This document shows, one piece after another, positions 17,719-26,120 of a DNA stretch of 64,000 bases; position 1 is the stretch's first letter, and the number at the start of each line of letters is the position of its first letter. A program made the position numbers and the translations under genes. This DNA comes from an uncultured bacterium (GTDB lineage Bacteria; Patescibacteriota; Minisyncoccia; UBA6257; 2-01-FULL-56-20): NCBI GenBank assembly GCA_963705915.1, contig OY970126.1, positions 623,893 through 687,892 of the forward strand, given 5' to 3'. The notes beneath the pieces are model-generated. The model ran no database searches. It was not told the origin of the DNA and was given only the letters and a program-made list of their open reading frames with translations.

Positions 17719-18057
17719 ATGTTTCTCTCTCGCCTTGGCCAGGACCTCGGCTCCGTATTTTGGGAGGATATTCTGCGTCACTTTGATATTCCTTTCAAGC
17801 GCCGGAGTAGCGGGGTCCTCGTAATTCTTTGCCAAGTTCATAGTGAAAAAACTCCTTCACTGCATTGCTGGCCCGACCGAAAACGTTTTTGGTGCTTCGG
17901 ATGTGGCTGGGGAGGAGACATGTTCGAGTTCGTGTATCGGAAAATGTTCGACACACGGTGCCATCCCAAAGCTCGTGATGCGAATACGCTCCAAGAACTC
18001 GAATCTGTCGAACTATTTTTTGAGCGCATAGCTCGAAAACAAACCCCCGCTCGCTGA
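17719..18057 (+). CDS. stand-alone CHC2 (primase-type) zinc-finger protein
   Basis: CQVHSEKTPSL...FWCFGCGWGGDMFEF; SD AAGGAGG; terminator at about 18041-18071. Confidence 0.8.
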   Translation: MFLSRLGQDLGSVFWEDILRHFDIPFKRRSSGVLVILCQVHSEKTPSLHCWPDRKRFWCFGCGWGGDMFEFVYRKMFDTRCHPKARDANTLQELESVELFFERIARKQTPAR

Positions 18058-18221
18058 GTGGGGTTCTTTTTAAAAAAAGGTTCTCATATCATCTACTTAC
18101 CCGCTCCGAAATCAAGGGCTATGCGGTGGAGAGATTGTTGAGAAAAAGATATGCACGGCTAGAATTGAATCACTTTAAATAAAAGCGGCGTTGATGTGAT
18201 CGCGACCGCTTGACACGCTTT

Positions 18222-18398
18222 TCAGCATGCTGGAAATTTTTGGTTAAGCCATGTCATTCGCCGCTCATAGTTCTTTCCGGCGGCAATCGCACCGGTAATG
18301 CAGTCCGGATAAAGACAGAACATAGCGTTCAGCCTTGCTAGAACCTGGATAATTTCGATTCCAGCTCTCAAGGGGAACCGAATAACTCGTCTTTTCAT
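18222..18398 (-). CDS. small hypothetical protein (58 aa, MKRRVIRFPLRAG...)
   Basis: GAGGAGG SD, upstream TTGACA-17-TAGAAT, downstream hairpin with T run; missed by the ORF track. Confidence 0.6.
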   Translation of the reverse strand: MKRRVIRFPLRAGIEIIQVLARLNAMFCLYPDCITGAIAAGKNYERRMTWLNQKFPAC

Positions 18399-18422
18399 AA
18401 TCCTCCTCGAACAACTGCCCCC

Positions 18423-18461
18423 ATTCTACGCATTGACGGAATAATTGTCAAAGGATATAAT
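18423..18461. promoter_or_regulatory. overlapping divergent sigma70 promoters
   Basis: Plus strand TTGACG-17-TATAAT; minus strand TTGACA-17-TAGAAT. Confidence 0.7.
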
Positions 18462-18491
18462 CTTCAACAGATTTTACCAAGGAGAAAGAGT

Positions 18492-18842
18492 ATGCGAGAG
18501 GGATTACTTGTTTACTTCATGAAGTCAACCATCTCCCTTGACCAAAAAATGCGGACGGCGCTCCAAGAAGCCGCCGTTAAAGCAGCACTCGAAGGCGTGG
18601 ATAAGCTCTCTTTGAAAACGGCCTCTATTGAAGGCGTGGTTCGCAAAGAAAAGGAGTATCTTGCCTTCATGGGCGATGGCGGACCGCTTTTTTCGGCTGA
18701 GATCGAAACCGATCGCGGCAGAGGACGGGCGAGTTTTATCCTCACTGATCGCTATCTAAGAGATCGGGCAAGCGGCGTCAATCGAGAAACTTTTAGCTTT
18801 GAGCTGAACGAGGATCGGGCTGCGAAAGCATCCTGGAATTAA
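18492..18842 (+). CDS. hypothetical protein
   Basis: AAGGAG SD, own promoter, terminator CCGGCACC-CAA-GGTGCCGG plus T run at about 18862-18886. Confidence 0.7.
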   Translation: MREGLLVYFMKSTISLDQKMRTALQEAAVKAALEGVDKLSLKTASIEGVVRKEKEYLAFMGDGGPLFSAEIETDRGRGRASFILTDRYLRDRASGVNRETFSFELNEDRAAKASWN

Positions 18843-18984
18843 CCGCTCCACTCAACAACATCCGGCACCCAAGGTGCCGGCTTTTTATAAAACAGGCCCC
18901 CAAACCATCTACTATCCCACTCACCAAAAAAAGAAAAAGCCGACCCATGAAGAGTCGGCTATACCACGGCAAAAGCGTGGAACA

Positions 18985-19569
18985 CTAGAGAAACCCCAAA
19001 ACCGCACAAAGTCTGACGACCGGAATGGTAAGCAGCGATCCCACCAATCCGACTGCGTACATCTTCCCTGAAATTTCCCAATTCAATCCCATGTTTCGGA
19101 AGAAGAGAAGGCTCAAGCTGAGTTGTGTGCACGTCACCAGATAGATCATCAGGTTTACGCGCATTGAACGGTTCGGCCAAAGTTCCGTCACTTGAGGAGC
19201 GAGCGTGGAACTGCTCGGCGTAATAATCGACGCCCCAAGCGCTCCAGCGACGCCGTACTTCCCAGCAACCATAGTCTCGATCTGAGATTTATAATACTTC
19301 GTTATCGCCGCACTCGCTCCCATCACAAGAAAAAGTGCGATGATAGTCGGCAGGAATTTTGAGGTTGTCGCGAGGGCGTTGTCGAACCCCAATCGCAATG
19401 CATGTAGGCCATCGGTCAAGAAAAGACCGACTGCCATCAACGCAAGAACGACCAGCAAAGGCGTTACCTGATAAAAGAGTTTACTGGCGTCGACGTTTTT
19501 CTGTGTCCGGTATAGACCGGTCATAAAAATAATCGTCCCCAGAACGATCAGCAGATAATTCGTTTTCAT
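18985..19569 (-). CDS. integral membrane protein (permease-like)
   Basis: Several TM segments; upstream TTGACA-17-TATAAT at 19618-19646; start codon uncertain. Confidence 0.7.
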   Translation of the reverse strand: MKTNYLLIVLGTIIFMTGLYRTQKNVDASKLFYQVTPLLVVLALMAVGLFLTDGLHALRLGFDNALATTSKFLPTIIALFLVMGASAAITKYYKSQIETMVAGKYGVAGALGASIITPSSSTLAPQVTELWPNRSMRVNLMIYLVTCTQLSLSLLFFRNMGLNWEISGKMYAVGLVGSLLTIPVVRLCAVLGFL

Positions 19570-19697
19570 GCGCATCCTCACTTTTCCCACGAGATTTAGA
19601 TTTTAATAGCTAGTAATATTATAACTCTTAAATAGATAAGTGTCAAGCTTGGCTCGGTTTGAAATAAAAGGGCGCTCTTTCGAACGCCCGATCGTCC

Positions 19698-20300
19698 CTA
19701 GGACGCATCTCTCCATCTTTCGGCCACAGCCTTAGCCCGCGGCGGCAAACCATAGTCCCATTCTCTCCAGAATGGTTCCTTATTCCCTCGGGGCGCGCCA
19801 TGAAAGCAAGCCCAAAAGGTTCCGCCGTTATCTTTCACAAAAATCGACATAGGTCCGCCGCACATATCGCAGACCGGTCGATGCCGAATTTTCCACTGGG
19901 CGATCCACGCGCGCCTGGTCAAAGTGTCCACAAAATTCTTCGTTCGGTGCGAGGATCGAGCTAAATATTCCACCTTATCCTGCAAGTCTGTAACAACCAC
20001 CCGGCCGGCGTCTTCACTCGGAGGTCGACCTACAATGATATCTTGCGAGAAGAGCGATGCCTTGCGACATTGCACAATCTCACGGCGAAGGCAGCTCGTC
20101 CAAACTTTAATGGCGTAGCCGTTTTCCTCGTACTTAAAGCCGACTTCACCACGGAGAAAGAACCCCCTGAGAGATACGAGGCCGCGTATGCTGGTGAAGT
20201 TGCAGGTCTCGTATGCAGAAATCTCTTCGAATCCTAGCGACTTCAACCTTTGCTCGATGGTCAGAAAATCGCTGTAAGTAACGAGAATCGCTTCAGGCAT
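19698..20300 (-). CDS. hypothetical protein with C-terminal zinc-ribbon-like motif
   Basis: CDMCGGPM...FWACFH; AGGAGG SD. Confidence 0.7.
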   Translation of the reverse strand: MPEAILVTYSDFLTIEQRLKSLGFEEISAYETCNFTSIRGLVSLRGFFLRGEVGFKYEENGYAIKVWTSCLRREIVQCRKASLFSQDIIVGRPPSEDAGRVVVTDLQDKVEYLARSSHRTKNFVDTLTRRAWIAQWKIRHRPVCDMCGGPMSIFVKDNGGTFWACFHGAPRGNKEPFWREWDYGLPPRAKAVAERWRDAS

Positions 20301-20560
20301 CCAGAGCCTCCTGTCATTGAATTGGTTTAGAACTGCCTACCTTTATACTACAACCGAGCCATAAAAACAAGATAAAAAAAGGCCCATCGCAAGCGACGGG
20401 CCGAGCCAGGAAGAATGAATCTACGAGAAACAATAGAAATATTATTTCGGTACCGCTCAAATTGAGCAGTTAAACTACTTATGAAGTTGTTCGTGTTCTG
20501 ATATAACTATACCAACTGAGCATCAGCGTGCAACGCGGTGCTGTGGATAACTTCTTTTGC

Positions 20561-21739
20561 TTAGATCTTCACCCGATAAAACCGCTTTTTCCCAATTTTT
20601 ACGACATCCCCATTTTTAAGCGAAACGCTTGCCGTGGGATTCCTCTCGGTTTTCCCGTTCACATCGAATGCTCCCTGCTCAATGAGGCGACGCGCTTCGC
20701 TTTTGCTCGCGGCTCCTGCCGCAAGAACGATGTCGAGCGCGGACACTGTCCCCTTCTTAAACATCAAATCAGGGATATCGCTTGGGATTTCTTTTTTTGA
20801 AAACAGTTTTTCAAAATGTTCCTTGGCTTCCCGCGCAGCGCTTGCACCGTGATATAACGTTACGACCTCGAGCCCGAGCCGTTCCTTTTGGACTTTTGGA
20901 TTCTTCTCTTTCTTGATCGCCTTGATCTCTTCTTCTGAAAGATCGGTGGCAAGGTTTAAATATTTTTCGATAAGGGCATCCGGGATGGACATTATCTTGC
21001 CAAACATATCGTCTGGCGCGTCATCGAGCGATATATAGTTGCCAACGCTTTTGCTCATCTTTTTCACGCCATCCAGGCCTTCGAGAAGCGGCAACGTCAT
21101 CACGTCCTGCTCAGGAATACCGAAATGTCGCTGAATACGACGACCCATGAGCAGATTGAATTTCTGATCGGTGCCGCCAAGTTCAAGGTCAGCCTTCACC
21201 TTCACGGAGTCGTAGCCCTGGAATAAAGGATATAAGAGTTCAAGGAATGTAATATCGAGGCCGGCATCGATTCGCTTTTTGAAATCGGCTCGGCGAAGAA
21301 TTTGCTGGAAGGACGTTGCGCCGGCGAGCTTCACGAATTCTTCGATCCCCTCTTTGTCGAACCACTGGCTGTTGTAGGCGACTTCCACTTTCTTGATATT
21401 CAAAATTTTTCCGGCTTGATCAAGATAGTGTTTCATATTATTCTTGATCTCCTTTTCCGTGAGGGGCTTACGCGCTTCGGTGCGGCCTGAAGGATCGCCG
21501 ATGCGACCGGTGAAGTCACCAACAATGAGCACAATGGTGTGTCCGGCTTTTTGAAAATCGCGGAGTTTGCGGAGTGCGATTGCGTGGCCCAAATGAAGAT
21601 CGGGCGACGTCGGATCGATGCCTAATTTTATCCGCAATTTTTTCCCCGACGCGAGCGCTGCGCGAAGATGTTCTTCCTCGATAATCTCTTCGACGTTCCT
21701 CGTGAGAAGGTCACTCACATTTTCTTGTTTGCTTGCCAT
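20561..21739 (-). CDS. tyrS: tyrosine--tRNA ligase
   Basis: GIDPTSPDLHLGH, GGTDQKFN, KMSKS, C-terminal S4 domain. Confidence 0.97.
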   Translation of the reverse strand: MASKQENVSDLLTRNVEEIIEEEHLRAALASGKKLRIKLGIDPTSPDLHLGHAIALRKLRDFQKAGHTIVLIVGDFTGRIGDPSGRTEARKPLTEKEIKNNMKHYLDQAGKILNIKKVEVAYNSQWFDKEGIEEFVKLAGATSFQQILRRADFKKRIDAGLDITFLELLYPLFQGYDSVKVKADLELGGTDQKFNLLMGRRIQRHFGIPEQDVMTLPLLEGLDGVKKMSKSVGNYISLDDAPDDMFGKIMSIPDALIEKYLNLATDLSEEEIKAIKKEKNPKVQKERLGLEVVTLYHGASAAREAKEHFEKLFSKKEIPSDIPDLMFKKGTVSALDIVLAAGAASKSEARRLIEQGAFDVNGKTERNPTASVSLKNGDVVKIGKKRFYRVKI

Positions 21740-21839
21740 TAGCATGATTTTAGCACGAAGCCGCTTTGTGCACATTTTCCAAAAAGGATGCTGGCGTTAT
21801 GATGAAAGAAGATCGACTACTTCAACGCAAGGAGGGGCT

Positions 21840-22163
21840 ATGGTAACGGAACTCACCGTCGTTCATGAACCGACAGAGAAGCAGACGAACAGCACGGAAG
21901 ATTCCTTTGGACCTCTGAGCAACGGGGAGATTGTTATGGTGACCGAGATCAAGGGTCTCGACCAAGATCCATACGATCCTTTTCGAGCGTTTCTTGCATG
22001 TCCAGGATGCGGGGTCGTTGGAATCGTAAGCCAAAGACAGCTCCTGGGGCTCATCCCCGTCACGTGCTGCGGTAAAGAATGTTCGACCCAGTTTGTCATT
22101 CACAAATCCCGCGCCTTCCCCTTGGAATCGTTCATTAGCATCTCACCCCTTCCCGTCTTTTGA
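21840..22163 (+). CDS. small Cys-rich hypothetical protein
   Basis: AAGGAGG SD; CPGC...CCGKEC; terminator at 22176-22208. Confidence 0.65.
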   Translation: MVTELTVVHEPTEKQTNSTEDSFGPLSNGEIVMVTEIKGLDQDPYDPFRAFLACPGCGVVGIVSQRQLLGLIPVTCCGKECSTQFVIHKSRAFPLESFISISPLPVF

Positions 22164-22175
22164 CGATCGAACATT

Positions 22176-22208
22176 AAAAGCCCCGACATGTGCCGGGGCT
22201 TCCTTTTA
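22176..22208. terminator. bidirectional intrinsic terminator
   Basis: AAAAGCCCCG...CGGGGCTTT between convergent genes. Confidence 0.7.
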
Positions 22209-22213
22209 TCGAT

Positions 22214-22816
22214 TTATAAAGGCTTTTTTATGATTTCGTCCACAACGCCATAGGCTTTCGCCTCATCGGCTGAGAGCCAGAAGTCGCGCTCGGTGTCGCG
22301 CTCGATTTTTGCGAGTGTTTGTCCCGTATGCTTTGCAAGAATCTGATTCATCCGTTGCTTTGTCTTCAAGATTTGGCGCGCAGAGATTTCGATTTCCGTC
22401 GCCTGGCCACCGATCGATTCCACGGCAACCTGGTGGAGAAGAATTTCTGCGTTCGGAAGTGCAAACCGTTTACCTTTTTTGCCGGAGGCAAGAAGGAATG
22501 CACCCATCGAAGCGGCGACGCCGATCGAAACGGTCGAAACGTCTGCCTTCACGAATTGCATCGTGTCATAGATCGCCATACCGGCCGTGACCGAGCCGCC
22601 TGGGCTGTTAATATAGAGGCGGATGTCTTTTTTCTGATCCTCATGGTCGAGGAACAAAAGCTGGGCGATGACTGTGTTTGCCACGCCATCGTTTACCGGA
22701 CCGCCGAGAAAGATAATGCGCTCTTTGAGAAGGCGCGAATAGATGTCATACGCGCGTTCGCCGTATTGTGATTTCTCGATGACCGTTGGTATTAAGTATT
22801 GGTTTTCGTAGTCCAT
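22214..22816 (-). CDS. clpP: ATP-dependent Clp protease proteolytic subunit
   Basis: [33 protein letters not shown]. Confidence 0.97.
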   Translation of the reverse strand: MDYENQYLIPTVIEKSQYGERAYDIYSRLLKERIIFLGGPVNDGVANTVIAQLLFLDHEDQKKDIRLYINSPGGSVTAGMAIYDTMQFVKADVSTVSIGVAASMGAFLLASGKKGKRFALPNAEILLHQVAVESIGGQATEIEISARQILKTKQRMNQILAKHTGQTLAKIERDTERDFWLSADEAKAYGVVDEIIKKPL

Positions 22817-22847
22817 TGGTTTTTATTTTTATTTAATGAAATCTTAC

Positions 22848-23393
22848 TTATTCTTCCTTTGCATAGACCGCCTGAGCTTTCTTAATTTCAGCGTGGGCGG
22901 CATCGATGCCATCCCATCCTTGAATCTCAACTTTTTTACCTTGAAGGTCTTTGTACGTTGCAAAAAAATGTGCAACCTCTTTTAAAAGATGTGGTTCAAA
23001 ATTTTCAATATCCTTGATGTTCTTTATTTTTTCGAACCGCGGATTTTTTTCCTGCACCGCAAGAATTTTCGCATCCGGTTCGCCTGAGTCGATCATCTTG
23101 AGCATGCCGATCGGCCGCACCGAAACAACGCACCCAACGGGCAACGGACTGCTGCCGATGACAAGTGCGTCGAGATGGTCACCGTCTTCCGAACGCGTTT
23201 GCGGAATGAAGCCGTAATCAAGCGGGTAGAAAAACGGTGAGTAGAGAACTCGATCGAGTTTGATCACGCCGAGCTTCTCATCAAACTCATACTTATTGTT
23301 GCTCCCCTTGGGAATCTCAACCACAACGTTTATCACATCCGGCGACTTGTCGCCCAACGGAATATTTTCCCAAATGCTGGTTGTTTTGCTCAT
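22848..23393 (-). CDS. ppa: inorganic pyrophosphatase
   Basis: EIPKGSNNKYE, YGFIPQT, DGDHLD, FFATYK. Confidence 0.96.
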   Translation of the reverse strand: MSKTTSIWENIPLGDKSPDVINVVVEIPKGSNNKYEFDEKLGVIKLDRVLYSPFFYPLDYGFIPQTRSEDGDHLDALVIGSSPLPVGCVVSVRPIGMLKMIDSGEPDAKILAVQEKNPRFEKIKNIKDIENFEPHLLKEVAHFFATYKDLQGKKVEIQGWDGIDAAHAEIKKAQAVYAKEE

Positions 23394-23456
23394 AGGTATT
23401 TTTCGTTATTTTGCTCTTATGTATACGCCTTTATCGACATAATAGTTCTCTGATTG

Positions 23457-24767
23457 CTAGAACGCAACGTCTTCGTGCCCTTCTTCTTCCGGTGCCGCAA
23501 TCTGGTCATTCGCGCCGTCGTCATCGACAAGACCGGCAACGCCGCCTTCCTGCACTTCGTCTGGCGCGGTCTGCGAACGGACATCGATCTTCCAACCGGT
23601 GAGCTTCGCGGCGAGACGGACGTTTTGTCCACCCTTGCCGATTGCCAAGCTCAACTGATTTTCAGGAACAAACGCGCGAGCTTCACGACGTGGCAGGATT
23701 TCAACTTTTTCAACCTTTGCCGGTGAGAGGGCGTTCGCAATAAATTTTTCGGGGTCTTCCGACCATTCGGCGATATCAATTTTTTCGTTGCCGAGTTCGT
23801 TATTCACGGCCATCACACGAGTTCCACGCTGGCCCACGAGTGCGCCAACCGGATCAACACCGTCGACCTTCGACGATGCAGCAACCTTCGTACGATTGCC
23901 CGGTTCTCGCGCAATCGATTTGATCTCGATGGAATCTTCGGCGAGTTCCGGCACTTCCATGCGGAAAAGTTCGGTAACAAATTTCGGATGTGAACGAGAA
24001 AGAATGATGCCTGGCAAGCGCGTATCCTCTTGCACCGCGAGCACGAGGAAGCGAAGCCGCTCACCGGTGCGATAGTGTTCGCCTGGAATCGATTCGTTTG
24101 CGAACATCACACCAATCGTGCGGCCGAGATCGATGAAAATATTTCCTCGCTCAAAGCGCTGCACAACGCCGCTCACAATCTGCCCTTCCCTGCCGCGCCA
24201 TTCATTCAATATAGAATCGCGTTCGGACTCGCGAAGCTTTTGGAGAATTACCTGCTTTGCGGTTTGCGCTGCAATGCGTCCAAAGTCTTCGTGCGTTTCG
24301 AGCGGAAATGAAAGTTCATCGCCGAGCTCAGCGCCTTTCTTTATTTTCTTTGCTTCTTCGAGCGTGATGTCGCGCTCCGGATTGAATCGCGGGAGTTTAT
24401 GTTCGTCGTTTTCCGCTTCTGCAACAGCCGTTGCCGTCGCGACCGGCTTTGTGTGTTTGCCACGATCGTGCTTCCCTGCCGCAGCGGCTTGCCGCTCAGC
24501 TTCTTCGCGTTCAGCTTCAGCTTGAAGTTCGGCTTCGTCAACAAAACGAACCGTCGTTTCATCAACAACTTTTTTGATCTGCCAGAATTTCAGCTCGCCA
24601 GTCTTCTGATCAACGTTGCACTTCACCACCTCCCCCCTTTCGCCATATTCTTTTTTGTATGCAGCGGCGATCGATGATTCGATCACTTCTAAAACTTTAT
24701 CCGGCTCAAGGCCTTTCTCTTCAGCAACTTGCTTGAGCGCTTTTGTGAGTTCTTTTATGTTTAACAT
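23457..24767 (-). CDS. nusA: transcription termination factor NusA
   Basis: FGRIAAQTAKQ, AREPGNRTK, AIGKGGQNVRLAAKLTGWKID. Confidence 0.97.
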   Translation of the reverse strand: MLNIKELTKALKQVAEEKGLEPDKVLEVIESSIAAAYKKEYGERGEVVKCNVDQKTGELKFWQIKKVVDETTVRFVDEAELQAEAEREEAERQAAAAGKHDRGKHTKPVATATAVAEAENDEHKLPRFNPERDITLEEAKKIKKGAELGDELSFPLETHEDFGRIAAQTAKQVILQKLRESERDSILNEWRGREGQIVSGVVQRFERGNIFIDLGRTIGVMFANESIPGEHYRTGERLRFLVLAVQEDTRLPGIILSRSHPKFVTELFRMEVPELAEDSIEIKSIAREPGNRTKVAASSKVDGVDPVGALVGQRGTRVMAVNNELGNEKIDIAEWSEDPEKFIANALSPAKVEKVEILPRREARAFVPENQLSLAIGKGGQNVRLAAKLTGWKIDVRSQTAPDEVQEGGVAGLVDDDGANDQIAAPEEEGHEDVAF

Positions 24768-24871
24768 TTTTTATGAAATTGTTATTAAGTTTTTATTAAA
24801 TTTTCGACTTCTTGTCCCCGTTTTGGTTTCTGCCACCACGACTTTTTTGCCGCTGCAGCTCCACTTAAACG

Positions 24872-24931
24872 AAAAACCGCTCAGGAAGCGGCTTAAACTC
24901 CAGTATATGTCATTGTTTATTGCGATGTCAA
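24872..24931 (-). promoter_or_regulatory. nusA promoter and leader attenuator-like hairpin
   Basis: Minus strand TTGACA-18-TATACT, then GCCGCT-TCCTG-AGCGGT followed by TTTT in the 5' leader. Confidence 0.55.
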
Positions 24932-24951
24932 ATGTTTATCAGGCGTGTTTA

Positions 24952-25341
24952 TCAGGCGCAATTTTCATAGTGTTTGATCCGGCGGATTATTGTTTCATTA
25001 CTCGAAAGTACTATCGCGAGAAGATCAATGCGCCATCCTTTGTCTTCGCGAATCAGATCTTGATTTTTCGCAGCAAAAAATTGAGCCACTCGCCTCATCT
25101 TTCTCAGCTTGTGCGCCGTTGCATTATCCTCCGGCGCGATCCAGTCGAATGGATTGCCCATCTCTCTTATCGTCTTCACCTCGCAGAAAACGAGCGTCCC
25201 CTCTTTTGATTTAGCAATCACATCGATCTCGCCAAATTTTCTCTTATAATTTCTATCCACAATTTTATAGCCTTTTTTAACAAGATATCCACAAGCTATC
25301 TTTTCGCCCAGTTTCCCAATCTTTTCATTGTTATTAAACAT
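24952..25341 (-). CDS. yraN: YraN family nuclease (UPF0102)
   Basis: GKLGEKIA, GEIDVIA, LVFCEVKT, WRIDLLAI. Confidence 0.93.
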   Translation of the reverse strand: MFNNNEKIGKLGEKIACGYLVKKGYKIVDRNYKRKFGEIDVIAKSKEGTLVFCEVKTIREMGNPFDWIAPEDNATAHKLRKMRRVAQFFAAKNQDLIREDKGWRIDLLAIVLSSNETIIRRIKHYENCA

Positions 25342-25359
25342 TGATAAACATTTTTAATT

Positions 25360-25684
25360 TGTTTAGCGGATTACATGATTTACAATTTCTTATTAATTTA
25401 TAAAATCTCATTTACAATCCTGTTTAGCGCTTTACACGATTTATAATTATTTATTGATTTACAACAATGTTTAGCGCGACACATCAATTAAAATTCAAAT
25501 CATAAGAAATTGAGCTATTATGAGATATTATTGGTACTCGAATTTTAAATGATGTAAAGCGATAAACATTCCGGCAAACATTTTTTAATCTTTCTTTAAT
25601 CTTTGCCGCTTTGCCGGATTATTTTGCCGGATTTCACGCGGATTTGAATCCGGCAAAATTTAATGAAATTTTTATTGCCGGATT
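25360..25684. repeat. AT-rich array of two degenerate repeat families
   Basis: TGTTTAGCG-type units of about 28 bp at 25360, 25421, 25468 and inverted at 25541-25568; TTGCCGGATT-type motif about six times in both orientations at 25568-25684. Confidence 0.75.
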
Positions 25685-25745
25685 CTGAGTCATCATTTCC
25701 CACTTTAGATTGACTCCTAAGGACTAACCGCGTATCGTTGTCATT

Positions 25746-26078
25746 ATGACTCCTGACACATTAAAAGAATATAAAAATAAACTTGAGAAAGAACGGGCGC
25801 TTTTAAATCAAGAAATTAAGCGAACCGAGAAGCCTGTCGACCTCGGCATTGATGTTCCTCGTTTCGAAGAAGAATCTGATGCTTCTGAAGAAGTTGGGAA
25901 CCAAATGGCAATCGCTGACGATCTCAAAGTCCGACTTGAAGATATTGAAGACGCCCTCCAAAAGATTTCAAATGGCACCTATGGAATTTGCGAGAAGTGT
26001 GATCGCCCAATCGAAAAAGAAATTTTGGATATAGACCCAGAATCTCGCTTTTGCAAGAAAGATAAAGCGAATAAATAA
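25746..26078 (+). CDS. TraR/DksA C4 zinc-finger protein
   Basis: ALQKISNGTYGICEKCDRPIEKEIL...P.SRFC; the last Cys appears replaced. Confidence 0.85.
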   Translation: MTPDTLKEYKNKLEKERALLNQEIKRTEKPVDLGIDVPRFEEESDASEEVGNQMAIADDLKVRLEDIEDALQKISNGTYGICEKCDRPIEKEILDIDPESRFCKKDKANK

Positions 26079-26120
26079 TATTTAATGAGAATTTAATGCC
26101 TCTTGTGGTATTCCTTAGGA

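Noticed and set aside
20542-20550. Isolated perfect DnaA boxes (also at 45-53 and 52090-52098) as alternative origins
   Set aside because: They are single dispersed boxes with no cluster or adjacent unwinding element.
25360-25684. CRISPR array
   Set aside because: Repeats are degenerate, unevenly spaced and in mixed orientation; there are no unique spacers of constant length and no cas genes.
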